Source: Carcharhinus amblyrhynchos
Lineage: Eukaryota
Length of the DNA: 64,000 bases
Assembly: GCA_965287045.1 (NCBI GenBank)
Contig: OZ336879.1
Span: 19,034,001 to 19,098,000 of the forward strand
Direction: 5' to 3'
The notes beneath the pieces were generated by a model. That model was not told where the DNA came from. It made no database searches and saw only the letters and a list, made by a program, of their open reading frames with translations. The translations under genes and the position numbers were made by a program. Below, piece after piece: positions 25,809-38,849 of the stretch (its first letter is position 1; each line of letters starts with the position of its first letter).

Positions 25809-27400
25809 TGTTGTAATATACATTTAAGGGAGCTCGGCGTGACATTAGAAGGGAAATGTGTCACATGATCCAGCCTTAGTTTCACTTTTGCTTTTAACGG
25901 AGTACAGACACATTTCTGAGGCCTTTAAACTTTATATCCAAGTATAACTGTTCTCAGAAAATGCTGGAAAATTTCCACAGGTCTGACAGCATCTGTTGAG
26001 AGAGAATAAAGGCAACATTCTGAGTCTGGATGACCCTAAGTTAGGTCTCTGACAAAGGGTCATCTAGACTTAAAACATTAGCACCATTCTGTCTCCATAG
26101 ATGTTGTCAGACCCACTGAGATTTTCCAGCATTATCTGTTTTTGTTTCAGATTCCAGCTGTTCTCATGTCCCTAGTCTTAATAAATTTACCCACGACGTA
26201 TAGCATGATTGGTGTTTGTGTCTTGGACAGTAAAAATATCAGGAATTGTATTATCATAATATATACAATGTGATGATCAGCAGTGGTCAGAGAGGTGGCA
26301 GCAAGATTAAGTACAGGCACCACGAGGTGAACAGCTTTCAAAAGTGCTATGTGACAAGAGAAAACCCTTACATTTGCTCAGACTGCAACAAAGTTGCAGC
26401 ATTGGCGAGTATTAAAAATGCAATTTTGTGATTATGAAGAAGAACGATAGAGTCATATTGCTGAGCTCGTGCTCAAGAGCTGGGAAGCAGAGCTCCTGGA
26501 GATGTTGAAGCACAAAGCTTGCCATTTCGGTGAGTGGGAAAATAATATTGAGCACTGGGTTAGCTCAGTTGGAAAAGGTAAGTGACCAGGGGTGGGCAGG
26601 TCAATAGGACATAAGAGTAGTGAGAGTCAAACAAAAGGTCATAAAAATCAGGCCCATGAAGATTACAGCTACATTGAGTTGCCTTAAAAGTTTCTAAATA
26701 TTAATTGAATAAAAAGTAAAGACATCATTACTCCATGGTGCAATTCTGCCACAACCCATTTTCATAGGTGGAGCTTAAGAAAAACACCTGGAAGTGGCTA
26801 CAAGGACACTCATCCCAAATGTTGCAGAAGAAAGATATTCAAAGAAATATTGTCAGGATGCTCTCAAAATGCCACAATTTGAACTGGAATGCAGCTGACT
26901 TGCTATCGAAATTCTAAGTGTTTAAACAGCATAAAAGCTATGGTTTGTTGATTCAAGCTGTAGAATTTCATCTAACAATTGAGAATGAAGGTTAACACAG
27001 ACTGAATGCAAGAAGAGCTAACGAGTCTTCAAAAGATATGGACTACATTGCAAGACTGGATCAGAATCAGCTTAAAACTTCTGCATTCATTGGCTAGCGT
27101 CCATATCATTTTGACAAAAGCCTACAGTGCCCATAAACCACTTCATCAGCAGATGCAGATAAAGGATGCACGCTGTGATTTTTCAAACGCAGAGATAACA
27201 AACAGAGCTGTTGAGTTGATAATTACATCCAGTCCCATGGAAGCACTCCAAAGGCGATCTGCTAGACAAGCACAAAATGGATTGCATCAACGAGCTACTC
27301 AAGGAGGCACATAAACACAAAGAAATTCTCGCAGGACAACAAAGCTCACAGGCCCTAAGAACAACTATAATTGTTGACACACTCAAATTGGCTGCCAGCT
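25809..27400 (+). mobile_element. Gypsy-type LTR retrotransposon remnant (5' LTR + gag)
   Basis: TG start (tgttgtaatata), AATAAA near 26180, PBS-like tggcagcaag about 26296; gag-like WNAADLLSKF*VFKQ and HFISRCR...CDFSNAEITNRAVELII. Confidence 0.6.
25956..26157. mobile_element. Fold-back Penelope-like mini-element, family B
   Basis: Arm about 25956-26037 is the inverted copy of about 26056-26140; 8-bp TSD ctgttctc (25948-25955, 26158-26165). Confidence 0.75.
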
Positions 27401-28429
27401 GAAGCTTCTCATGTGCCTCCTTCCTAACATAAAATGAAGATGGTCAACAATGACAGTGCAGCATTGAACCCTTTGAGATCCACAATCGTATCAACAAGGT
27501 TATATTATGATGCCAAAATCCTTGGCATATCCTTTATTTTGCTGCTGTCATATTCCTTCATTTCACTTATCGAGTCTGTCGAATGACATTCCAGGACTGG
27601 AGAAAGCTCTTGAGCCTTGCCTGAGATTCAAGATGGAACTGTGCCAAGTCTTCATTCGAAAGTTGCTCGAGGTAATGATGCCATGTTAGCATTCTATATC
27701 AAGGAACATCTTTAGTGCAAATGGACAAACTTTCTCATATCTGTAAAGAATTTGGTTTGACCATCAGCATCAGGAAGATTAATGTCATGGTCCAGAACGT
27801 TGCCATGCCATTAATCCCATTGACAAGGGGAAATTAGAAGTTGTTGATCACTTCACATATCTAGACTTCACCATCAGTAATCTGTCACTTGATGCTGAAA
27901 TTAGCACAAGCGTTACACATGTTCCAGCTGTTACATTCAAGTAAAAGACTGTTGAACCAAAGCAACCTGACTGACTAAAGTGCAGCTCCATCAAGCCTGT
28001 GTCTTTAGTGCATTCCTATTCTGTGCTGAAGCTGAAACAACATTTTCTAGGCAGGAGAAAAGGTTGGACAATTTCCATCCTTGCTGTTAACTGCTCTGTT
28101 CCCCCACCCATTACCACCACTACTCCCCTTGGCTGGATAATATAATCATCTCAAAAATCCTGGGGGCCTGTCAACTTTTACTCAATACAAAATACCTGCA
28201 TTGGCTTCACTACGGTAGTTGGAACTGCTGGGTATGCATGGCTCTGTTATGATCAGAAAATGAAAATGGTGGAAGTCAACACAGCTGCCAATGGACAGAA
28301 CATTTGGAGGCTGACTTTTCAGAGGGGTATCAGATGATGTGGAGAAATGGAAAACTCAGCAGCCTCTGAAGAAAATAGAGGTCAGCAAACACTGCCCCTC
28401 TTAGTCTATCTCTATCAAATGCAGCAGAG

Positions 28430-28740
28430 GGGGCAGCACGGTGGCACAGTTGTTAGCACTGCTGACTCACAATGCCAGGGACCCGGTTTTGATTCCCCGC
28501 TTACTGTGTGGAGTTTGCACATTCTTCCCGTGTCTGCATGGATTTCCTCTGGGTGCTCCGGTTTCCTCCCACAGACCAAAGATATGTGGGTTAGGTGAAT
28601 GGATCATGCTAAATTGCCCCTTCGTGTCAGGGAGACTAGCTGGGGTAAATGCATGGGGTGATAGAGTCTGGGTGGGATTGTGGTTGGTGCAGGCTCGATG
28701 GGCTGAATGGCCTACTTCTGCATTGTAGGATTCTGTGATT
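28430..28740 (+). mobile_element. HE1 V-SINE
   Basis: gcagcacggtggcacagttgttagcactgc head, V-domain, CR1-type tail. Confidence 0.9.
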
Positions 28741-28889
28741 GCTGAAGTGGGATGCCTAAGCCACACCAGGTGATACATAATGCAAAGTCGAGGAATAAAC
28801 CACCATTCCACAATTATCCTTTCCATGAATACATTTTTAGCATGTAATGAAGCAAAATAAAATGTGCACTTTAGAAAAAAAAGTGTTAT

Positions 28890-29340
28890 TCACTTAATGG
28901 ATGAGGTCAACCTGGTAAACATTGTCTATTTGGATTTTTAGAAAGTTTTTGATAAAGCAGCTCACAAGCAACTATTATACTCTTGTGCAATGAGTGGCAT
29001 TCTGCTGCAACAAGTTAAGAAGTGGTTGAATTCTCACAGACAGCAAGTTATTGTTCATGGATTTGAATCAACTTGACACTGATTATCATTTGGGATTCAG
29101 AGCTTTGCTCTTCCAAAAGTGATCTAATTCTAAGTATTGGGAGAATGATCTGCAAGTATATAGATGGTGTAAATTGTGAGTTTTAAGACTATAGAGGGTG
29201 CTAAACTGCTGCAAGCGGTGTTGGCAATATTTTAATGAAGGAAGTGCTCTAAAATGCAAGTGGGAAAGGAGGTTTGTAAATATACAAAGACTTTATGGGT
29301 TGCAGAATTAAAATCAGGAGTGAATTAAAAAAGATTTGTT
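28890..29340 (+). mobile_element. Ancient CR1 RT fragment
   Basis: VNIVYLDF*KVFDKAAHKQLL remnant. Confidence 0.6.
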
Positions 29341-30253
29341 TATTTTAATGTGTTAATTTCAAATATTCACAACCAGTGTTGTAAAGCTGTATGTAAAAGA
29401 AACAGGGTGCTGCAACAACAATTTGCATTTATGTGGGACCTTTAATGTGATAAAATACCCCAAAGGGCTAGTAAAACAAAATTTATCATGGACCCACTCA
29501 AGCTGATACAACAGAAATAAGACTAAGAAATGTTGTGACTCATCTCTTGATATCAACCAAAAGATGTTTCCTGACTTGAATGGAGCATTCTGAAACCAGG
29601 ACAAATATTTTCTCAAACCCCCTGACGTGAAAGTCTACAAACACTCACTCAGGTTGCGACTAATCCACTGAAACACGCTATATTTCAAAAAGGATAAAGT
29701 GGAAAACCAAATGACAAGACAGCCGGAATGGTCTCTCATTTAGTCTTTAAGTGTTGTCTACAACAACACACCAAATGTAGAAAAGGCAATACCATTAATA
29801 CTTTAGGATCTGGAGACTGCAAAATTATAAGATTGCTAAGCCTTTTCCTTTTTAAGTCCACCAATACAGAAAATCAAACTACTGGTAACAAGACTATAAG
29901 ACTACTAACTTTGTGATCTGTAAGACAACCTCTTTGGAAGAATCCTGCAATAACTCTCGTATTTGATTTTGCTATCAAATTTACCTAACTATACTTATGG
30001 AATGAATAAACTTTCATCTTCATACTGATTTATAAAATACCTTTAAGAGAGATTTGTGCATAGGTAATATGACACAATAGCTACATGTTTTGTAATATAT
30101 TTAGGATTAGTTGAGGCTCCTAAGCTAAAAAGATGAAAGAAGAATGTTCTAGGCTGGCACCATGTGTTTTCCAAGTTGAACCAATCAACTGAATTATAGA
30201 CTATTCCTTGTTTGTAAGTTATGGAAGTACACTTATATTTTCCCTGGGTGGGG

Positions 30254-30417
30254 TGTGTGTGTGTGTGTGTGTGTACACCTGATGTAGCATTAAATCTGTG
30301 GGATCAACGCATGAATAAATAATCCTCTTCTTTTAAACTCATGAAAAGTTTGCTGCTGGTTACTCAAACTGATTTTACACTTAGGGGTTAAGAAATGTGT
30401 ATACGTATGCATGTGTG

Positions 30418-30456
<39 letters not shown>
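30254..30456. repeat. (GT)n and (CA)n microsatellites in inverted orientation
   Basis: GT run about 30254-30273; AC run about 30421-30456. Confidence 0.9.
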
Positions 30457-30462
<6 letters not shown>

Positions 30463-30984
30463 TTGTGCATGTATATATCATGCAAAGAACACTGATATAT
30501 AAAATACCTTCAAGAGAGATTTGCATAGGTAATATGATATAAGAGTTGGATGTCTTGTAATGTGATTAGGATCAGTTGGGGCTCCTAAGCTAAATTACAC
30601 TCCTGAGCTAAAAAGATTAAAGAAAACTTTTTTTAGATGATTCCTCCTCAGTTGACTTGGATTTCTGTCTGTTTCTGTTTTCCTTTTCTCTCATAGCTCT
30701 GTGTGGGTTTAGAATAGCTGTATCAAAATGCGGAATGCATCTCAACTGTACGGGATGGGATAGATGAGCTTGCTGGTCATTCCCTGTCCAATCTTGTTTG
30801 TATGAAACTGCTGCCCTTTAATCATGAGCAGTGCAAAATTACTGGTGAAGCCAGCATCATTTATCAGGCTCGAAAAGATAAATGACTTTCATAAAGATCT
30901 TTTATGTTACATCATGTACGTAGCTCTATCCATGTTGTATCCTAGCTGCCTTGTCATCAGAAGCTGTGTGTAGATAGTTTTTAG

Positions 30985-31270
30985 AGTTTAGTGTCACAAG
31001 TAGGTCTGCATTAACACGGCAATGAAGTTACTGTAAAAATCCCCTAGTTGCCACAACTTTGGCACCTGTTTGGGTACACTGAGGGAGAATTTAGCATGGC
31101 CATTGCATCTAGCCCAGCACATCTTTGGATATGGGAGGAAACCGGAGCAAACCTATGTAGACATGGAGATAATGTGCAAACTCCACACAGATAGTGAGCC
31201 AAGTCTGGAATCGAACCTGGATCCCTGGCACTGTGAAGCGGCAGTGCTAACCACTGAGCTACCGTGGCAC
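30985..31270 (-). mobile_element. V-SINE, alternative-tail subfamily
   Basis: V-SINE head and core with the tail ...cagtaacttcattgccgtgttaatgcagacctacttgtgacactaaa. Confidence 0.85.
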
Positions 31271-31484
31271 CCTTGCCGATAATGTTCTCGACCTTTCTTT
31301 AAATGAACCATAGTTTTTAGTTGGAGGCAGTTATTATGGACAGTTATTTTGACCGAGAAATATTTATCTTAATGAAGAGTGCAGAATTTTGGGCCTTGGA
31401 CCTCATTTCCACTGAGCTGGCCACTTATGGATAGATACAACAGCTCGCCAGTTGCCAAAAAACGCTTCATTAATCACTGAAAAT

Positions 31485-32620
31485 GATTACTCTTCAAGAA
31501 CTCAGAACATTCTGAAAGAACTGGTGTTTTGAAAAGACATTGTCCCTTAAAGGGTTAATTCAAGGGCTCTGGTTGCTGCTGTTCCTGGAAAATATAGCAT
31601 TTTACAAGAAGAGCAATTGAGCAGATTTAAAGAAGCTCATGACGTTGGTGGGCCATTTACAAAAGGGTCATAGGCTGGTTTCAGGTTTTAAGGGAAAAGG
31701 CCTGGAAAACTGAGTTTAAAAGCTATTTTGGGTTTTGCTTTGGAGGAAAAAAATAAGAAGCAGCAATTGCTGGAGTAGAGAAGACTTCAGCACCTGATGT
31801 AGTCCAAACCAAAAAGTGAATGGACGTCACTTATAAATTTTTCGACCTGCTGAAATTGACTGTCTACAAGTTTTCTTCAACGTCCATCTGAAAAGTGGTG
31901 CAAGAGTCATCGATTGATTCACGGACCATTGCTGAGAGACCAACCAGATAACCCAGAGGCCATTTTGAGGATTCCTTCATCTGTCCTTCATCGATTTCTA
32001 ACTTTTTCAGGAAATCATAGAATCCCTACAGTATAGAAGGAGGCCATTTAGCCCATCGAGCCTACACTGACAACAATCGCACCCATGCCTGATCCCCATA
32101 ATCCCACGTATTTATCCTACTAATCCCGCCCAACACTAAGGTCAACTTAGCATGGCCAATCTACCTAACCTGTGCATCGTTGAATGGTGGGAGGAAACCG
32201 AAGCACACAGAGGAAATCCATGCAGTCATGGGAAGAATGGGTACATTTCACACAGACAGTGACCAAGGCCAGAATCGAACCTGGGTGCCAGCACTCTGAG
32301 GTGCTAACCACTGTGCCACGTGCTGCCAGAGTTCTTCTATTTTATTTATGTTTTGGTATGTGTATGTATGTAAATTAGAGTATTTAGAAAGCATAATTAT
32401 TCTAATTTCATCTTTTATGCTGTATGTTAATAAGATTTGCCTTTCCACTTGATAAGTCCAGTTTTACAACAAATTAAAAACGCTGGTTTTTTTTGAAGAA
32501 ACCTGGACCTTGAGCGCTCGTTCTGAGTTTCCTAGGCAAAACACATGTTTGACTGTGTAGCTAACTGGAAAACCAGTTAAACGCACGTTGTGACCCATGG
32601 AGTAGTGAAAGTAGAAACAG
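31485..32620 (+). mobile_element. Probable solo LTR remnant containing a SINE
   Basis: Non-coding LTR-like composition with a 3' gttgtgaccc...gagtagtg motif; boundaries uncertain. Confidence 0.4.
32015..32325 (-). mobile_element. HE1 V-SINE
   Basis: catagaatccctacagt tail ... gctaaccactgtgccacgtgctgcc head (reverse). Confidence 0.9.
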
Positions 32621-33059
32621 ATGCCAAAATCTTGCTGGCATTTACACTGGCAGGATCTCACGGTTCCACTGACACCACACCTCTGCTGTGGGTTTCCCAG
32701 CGCCAGAGGGTACATTCAACAGGAAACCCCATTCATAATGCTGGGGCCATAAGATCCCACCACCGAGTGGAACACTGCCTCCTGCTGTTGTGAAACACAC
32801 CTGCGAAGGGGGAGGAAAATCCCACCCAGGCAGTGCATTCCTCCCATCTCATTCAGAGCATAATGGGATTGGAGACTTGGGGGGGCTGCAAATCCAATGG
32901 TGACAAGAGGTGGAGTGGGGGGTGGATATTGAGAGAGTTTACAAGGTTGGGGTGGGGTCATGTATGGGCATTTAAGATTATTGGGGAAAAGGGAGGTGTT
33001 AGCGGCCTGTATTCTTTGAATGTGGGTCAGGATGAGAACTCTTGTTTCTCGCTGCTCCA

Positions 33060-33620
33060 CATTTTAGGTGCACAGTACCTTAAGTAAGAATATTATTAAG
33101 CAAGAAAGTGTGCAGAAAATATTTACTAGGATGCTACTGGGTGTTGATGGTTTGAGTTAAAAAGAGAGGTTGGATAGACTAGGATTTCTTTTTCCCCTGG
33201 AGTGATGAAGGCTGAGGGGGTGAACTTATAGAGGTCTATAAAATAATGAGAGGCACAGATCAGCTGGATAGTCAACCTTTTCTTTTCCAAAGGTAGGAGA
33301 GTCTAAAAACTAGAGGGTATAAGTTTAAGATGAGAGGGGAGAGGGGAAAGATACAAAAGGGTCGAGAAGGACAATTTTTTCACACAGAGGGCGGTGAGTG
33401 TCTGGAACAAGCTGCCAGACGTAGCAGTAGAGGCAGATACAATTTTGTCTTTTAAAAAGCATTTAGACAGTTGCATGGATAAGATGGCTATACAGGGATA
33501 TGAGCCAAATGCAAGCAATTGGGGCTAGCTTAGTGGTTAAACAAAAAAAAGACGGCATGGACAGATAGGGTCGAAGGCCCTGTTTCCATGCTGTAAACCT
33601 CTATGGCTCTCTGACTCAAT
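33060..33620 (+). mobile_element. CR1 LINE 3' fragment
   Basis: VQKIFTRMLLG, ERLDRLG, LIEVYKIMRG and FFTQRAVSVWNKLP remnants with tail. Confidence 0.85.
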
Positions 33621-34164
33621 AACGCATTTTACAATCTTACTGGCTGCCAGGACATCATTAGCACAGGCACTCAGCACCATATTTGCATTAATATGCCTGT
33701 TTCATATTGGAGAAGTATTTGCTGCCTAAGAAAAGGGATTGCATGAGCAAACGTCTAGTATTTCTCCGTACAGTATTTCTATTTAGAATCGTTAAAAGAA
33801 GTCAGTAACAGGAGGAGAGAGAAAATAGTAACACGTCAAAATGTTCTTTCTTTTCCCCTCAATATATTCATTCCCAGCACTGAAATGCATCTCATTACAA
33901 TGCCATTCCTTGGCACATATCCAGAGTTCTCCAAAGCGTAAAAACTTGAATTAGCATATGATAGCAATGACAACCATAAAAAAAATGATTAATTTAATGC
34001 TAGTTTCATTATCATTGGAGATATATTTCTTGAGCCATCACTCGAGCCTTGGGATTTAATTCCTTCTGAAACATAAGAATGAGCAATGCCACAATAATTA
34101 GGACAGGTGAAACAGACTCCTGGAAGAAAGTTTATTTTACTTCGAGTGGCCATGGCAATAAGAT

Positions 34165-34710
34165 CTTAAGGAATAGGAACAGGAATAGACCATACGGTCC
34201 ACCAAACGTACTCTGTCATTCAATAATATCATAGTTGATCTAATTGTGGCCTTAAAGGGGAGAGGGGAAATTAACTTTTGACTCTGTTATTGGTCAAAAA
34301 ACTGTATCAACCTTGAATATATTCAATGATCCAGTCTCCACTGCTCTCTTGGAAAGCAAACTCTGAAGATTAACAACCCTTTGAGAGAAGAAATTCCTCC
34401 TTGTCTTATTCTTAAATTGAAGACCCCTCATTCTGAAATTATGTCCCCTAGTTCTAGATTCCCCCACAATGAAACATCCTTCGAGCAACAACTGTGTAAT
34501 ACCCCCTCAGAATCTTACATGTTTCAACATGATTATCTTTCATTCTTCTAAATTCCAATGAATAGAGGCCCGAACTGGTCAAGCTTTCCTCATAAGACAA
34601 TACTTTTATTCCAGAGATCAGACTCGTGAATCTTTGTTGAGGGGGTTCCAGTGCAAGTGTATCCCTCCTTAAGTAAGGAAACCAAAACTGTGCAGAGTAC
34701 GCCAGATGCA
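34165..34710 (-). mobile_element. CR1 LINE 3' fragment
   Basis: ORF 34294-34491 GESRTRGHNFRMRG...RRNFFSQRVVNL. Confidence 0.85.
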
Positions 34711-34969
34711 GTGTTTTGGCTATCAGGCCACTTTGGCTTTGTATTATTATCTAGAAGTGTTCAGACTTTCAATAATCTGAGCGTCTTCTGGAATTATCGT
34801 TTGAGTTTGAATTTTCTTTGCATCTCAGTGATTAGTGACCAACTAGACCAATCAGGTGAGGGAGGACAGGCTGTGATCAGGCTTCCTTTTCTTCCCCTTC
34901 CCCAGTGCTGTAACTACAAAGGTCTGCTCTGTCACCTTACGAAGATACAAACTCCACACATGTCCTGAC

Positions 34970-35700
34970 CTCTGGAGAGCATTTTTATACTGCTTGTGTG
35001 CAGGGCGATGACTGAAGACCGTTGATATCATCCTCCACTTGACCCTATAGCCATTTTCCCATTGACTGAGGGCTTGTTAGGCTGATATGCTAGTTGAATT
35101 GCTGACCAACCTTCATGCTGAGTACAGATAAGTGGGTGATGCTTGTGCAGAGCCGCTCCCACTCTCTCTTGTCCTAGGTGGTTAATGCTGTACTGGTCCA
35201 ACATGTGACACAAGTTCAGCAGCTGGAAGGTTGTAGGTTTTAACTTTGGAGTTGTCTTGCTCCCAGATGAGCTGCTAAACAAACTGGGAAACCTCAACTG
35301 CTTTTTTCGCATTAACATCTGGTCCACTGGCATGGTCTGTTTTCTGCTGCACTGTCAGCTGGTGAAGACATTACAGCAGGAGGTTGCAAGGCAAAGTTTT
35401 GTTCTTCTCGTTATGCTGCCAAATAAGGTTGATAGGTCCCGCCTGCCCAGCATTATCTGATTTTGAGGTGCCATGCACTTGCCTTCACAACTTTGCCCAC
35501 AGTTCTAGCAATTTTGCCCACGGTTCTAAAGCAGTGAAGATCAGCAATAGAATCTTGATATGGAGAGGTTATTTGAGAAGCTAACATTATGGGAACTTTG
35601 CAGATGAAGAGCATCTCAATTATTTCATCTTCCAATCAAATGGCACTTTATTATTCATGGGAATTACAATTATGCAGGAAAATTTCCTGCATTTGGTGCT
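34970..35700 (-). mobile_element. Eroded RTE-like 5' region
   Basis: Weak resemblance to an RTE 5'UTR and endonuclease start; heavily degenerate. Confidence 0.35.
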
Positions 35701-36631
35701 CACTCAAACAATGATTACTGCTATGAACATGTTGGGACCCAGAGGGCAGAAGGATTGTCACATGGTAAATGCTCTGAGATAGTCCTTCTTATCTGCAGAC
35801 TCTAGGCTTGGTATTTGGTTCCTAGACAAAATATAATCATTGTCTGGTACCTGATTAACACTTGTTTACTTGAGTACTCCAGAGGAATTGAGAGAGAATC
35901 CTAGAGATAGAGTCTAACACATAATTGACTGGTATCAGTGATAAATCATCATCTATGTCTTACATTAGCATACCACATCTGTTAACTCTTTATACTACAG
36001 TGAAATAGATAGTTGATTGACGGACTATCACTTTCATTAGAAGTGGTGGAAAGATTTAGACTGTGACGTCCAAGCTAAGCTGAGTTAGAAATGGAGAAGA
36101 CTTCCAAGGGAACCTGTCTTCTGATGCACTTTGCAGCAATCATCGAAGTTTCATGTGGGTGTGCAATAACCTAACAGCTTGTTGCAGGTAACTATGGATC
36201 CACCACAACCATGTAATGTTGTAATCCTGCCTGAAGTGCAGAGCAGACTATCTCTCTTTGGACACTTAGACTGCAGCATATGCATGATCCAATCCCCTCC
36301 CAAACTCTCCAGACAGCAAAAGTGCATTTTCAACAGCATCTGTGGATCTGATTGTCACATCAGAATTCTTTAAGGAAAGACCAAACTTCCTGCATATTGG
36401 CCATTGATATGGAGCCTCTAGTTATCTCACATCCTCTACTTGTTGAGAGAATGGTGGTAAATGAGTGGGTGTTTTGTGGTCACTGCCAATACAATTTATG
36501 CCCCAATAACGGGATTCTTGAAAGTTTACGGGTCTTAAATCCTAAGGTGCTGATTTGCAGCATGGCATTCATTGTAATTATATGTTACTACACAAAGTGC
36601 ACTTGTGTAAGGTGATCTACAGATTCATCAT

Positions 36632-36977
36632 TCATAGAAATTATGGAAACCCTATAGTGCAGAAAGAGGCCATTCAGCCCATCAAGTCTGCACCGACCAC
36701 AATCCCACCCAGGCCCTACCCAATATGCCCACATATTTACCCGTAATCCCTCTAATCTACGCATCTAGGACACTAAGGGGCAATTTTAACATGGCCAATT
36801 GACCTAATCGGCACACTTTTGGACTGTGGGAGGAAACCGGAGCACCCGGAGGAAACCCGCACAGACATGGGGAGAATGTGCAAACTCCACATAGACAGTG
36901 ACCCAAGCCGGGAATCAAACCCAGGCCCCTGGCGCTGTGAAGCGGCAGTGCTAAACACTGTGCTACCGTGCCGCCCC
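36632..36977 (-). mobile_element. HE1 V-SINE, well preserved
   Basis: Full head, V-domain and CR1-type tail on the minus strand, CpGs retained. Confidence 0.92.
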
Positions 36978-37629
36978 AGACTATTGTTTTCTCCACCATC
37001 TGATGGTGTATTTAAGACTGCATAAACACAGTCATATAAACCACTGAACACCTTTGAAAACAAAAACATGTAAAACCTCTGCACAGTGTTACAAATTGGG
37101 GAAATATACATCCTTTCTGCACTGGCTGATTTGCATTCTATACATCTCAAGAGAACTGCCTTCAACTGTCTCTGTTGCCAAGGCCAGCAACATCTTCAAG
37201 CTTTTCTCTACAGAGGAACCTCTCCAGTGGCTGTCTTGCCCTCCAGGTTGTAAGTCAGTTTTATCTCTGGAAAAATGACATGTCAGCTGCAGCACAAGTT
37301 TGTTTGGCCACACTTATGTGATACTGTGTTAGTCCTTTGCACCGTCATGCACATTCATTGCAAGTATCAGAGTGCCCTACACTCTTTGAAATGTAGGGCA
37401 CCTTTGCTCAATAACTCATGTTTAGAAACAGCAGTATAATTTCCATTCACTAACACCTGAATGCCTTAAGCTGTCATATTTAAATATGTCTTGGTTGTCC
37501 AAGCTAAAGCAGACAACATTTCAGCATTACACTCTCTTTATAGATTGCCTCTAGTCATAAAACAGTTTTTTTTTTCAGTTTCCTTCCAAGGCTTTAGCAT
37601 TTCAGAGCTGCTATAGTTAAGAAAGCCTA

Positions 37630-38045
37630 TCAATGCCTCTACTTTCCAGAAGGCTAAGGAAATTTGTAGCACAGTCCATTATGCAAATTAGCCTCCCATC
37701 CATTGACTCCATCTACAGTTCTCACTGCCTTGGGTATGCACCTAACATAGTAAAGGATCAAAGACGCCCCAGGCATACTCTCTTCCACCTTCTGCTGTTA
37801 GAAAAAAGATACAAAAGTCTAAAAACACATATCAACCAACTCAAGAACAGCATCTTCCCATCTACCACCAGACTTCTGAATGGTCCTATAACATACTAAA
37901 GCTACTATATTCTGCACCCTATCCTTTCCTTCTCCCCTATGTACTCTATGGACAGTTTGCTTTGTCTGTATAACATGCAAGAAACAATACCATTCACTGT
38001 ATCCCAATACATGTGACAATGATAAATCAATTAAATTCAATTCAA
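37630..38045 (+). mobile_element. Rex1/Babar-type LINE 3' end
   Basis: RRLRKF...SLPSIDSIYSSHCL...NQLKNSIFPSTTRLLN; tail catgtgacaatgataaatcaa. Confidence 0.75.
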
Positions 38046-38112
38046 ATAGCCAAAGTAATTCCGGTTTGTTTATGGATAAACGCCTTCTCCTGAAAAGATC
38101 ATCCTCTTTATC

Positions 38113-38260
38113 AAAATAAAAGCAACAGACTGCAGACATTGGAATCTGAAACAAAAACAGAAAATGGTGGAAAATCTCAGCAGGTCTGACAGCATCTCTG
38201 GGGAAAGAATAGAGCCAACATTTTGAGTTTAGGTGACACCGAAGGGTCATTTAGACTCAA
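38113..38260 (-). mobile_element. Penelope-like family B end
   Basis: Reverse copy of the 26056-26157 arm, plus a short fold-back (gaagggtcatttagactcaaaa). Confidence 0.7.
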
Positions 38261-38399
38261 AATTTTCTGTTTTTGAAGGAAGTCATTGGTGAGTGGATTC
38301 TGTTTTTGATCCTATTATCAACTTGGCTGCCAATGAGGATATCTACATCATGGCTTAACAGAGAGGGTTAATGACTAATGTGTTTGGTCATACATAACA

Positions 38400-38720
38400 T
38401 TAAGAAAGACATGCATGAACATGGTATTTTACATGTCATCCAAATGTGACTCACAGTCTGAGAAGCCCTTTGGAAATGTCCTCACTATTATGAAGGAGGA
38501 AAAGGAACAACCAATTATCACACAGCCAGATCCCACAAAAAAAACATTGAAACAATGATCACGCCATCTCTTTTAGGTGTTGGTTAAGGTTGAGGAACTC
38601 TCCATCTGAAAGTGTTTTCAGAGACCCTCATCACATATACTGCAGCAGCTCAATGAGAAGATCCAGTGCTATTTTCTCAAAAACAATGTGGGCTGGACAA
38701 TAACTATTCACACTTCCAGC
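38400..38720 (-). mobile_element. Ancient Deu-SINE (SacSINE1-like) remnant
   Basis: caaccaattatcacacagccagatcccacaaa...tgttggttaagg resembles the reverse Deu domain. Confidence 0.5.
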
Positions 38721-38849
38721 AATGCTCATGCCCTAAGAATGAATACATCAAACTCATAAATTCACAGAATTCTTCTCCCCAGCTTTCTTCCATTTGCCCA
38801 CAATTTAGCATACCTCTTCACATCTCTTTTTTGAGACACTCAAACATTC

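Larger units (their letters stand above)
23900..28400 (+). mobile_element. Degenerate RTE-clade LINE with nested insertions
   Basis: Endonuclease remnants (APAEIKDQFYEELKTAIS, LLGNF), RT remnant (YIVLIDFDKA about 25765-25795), FGLTISIRKINVMVQ and LEVVDHFTYL about 27750-27870. Confidence 0.75.
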
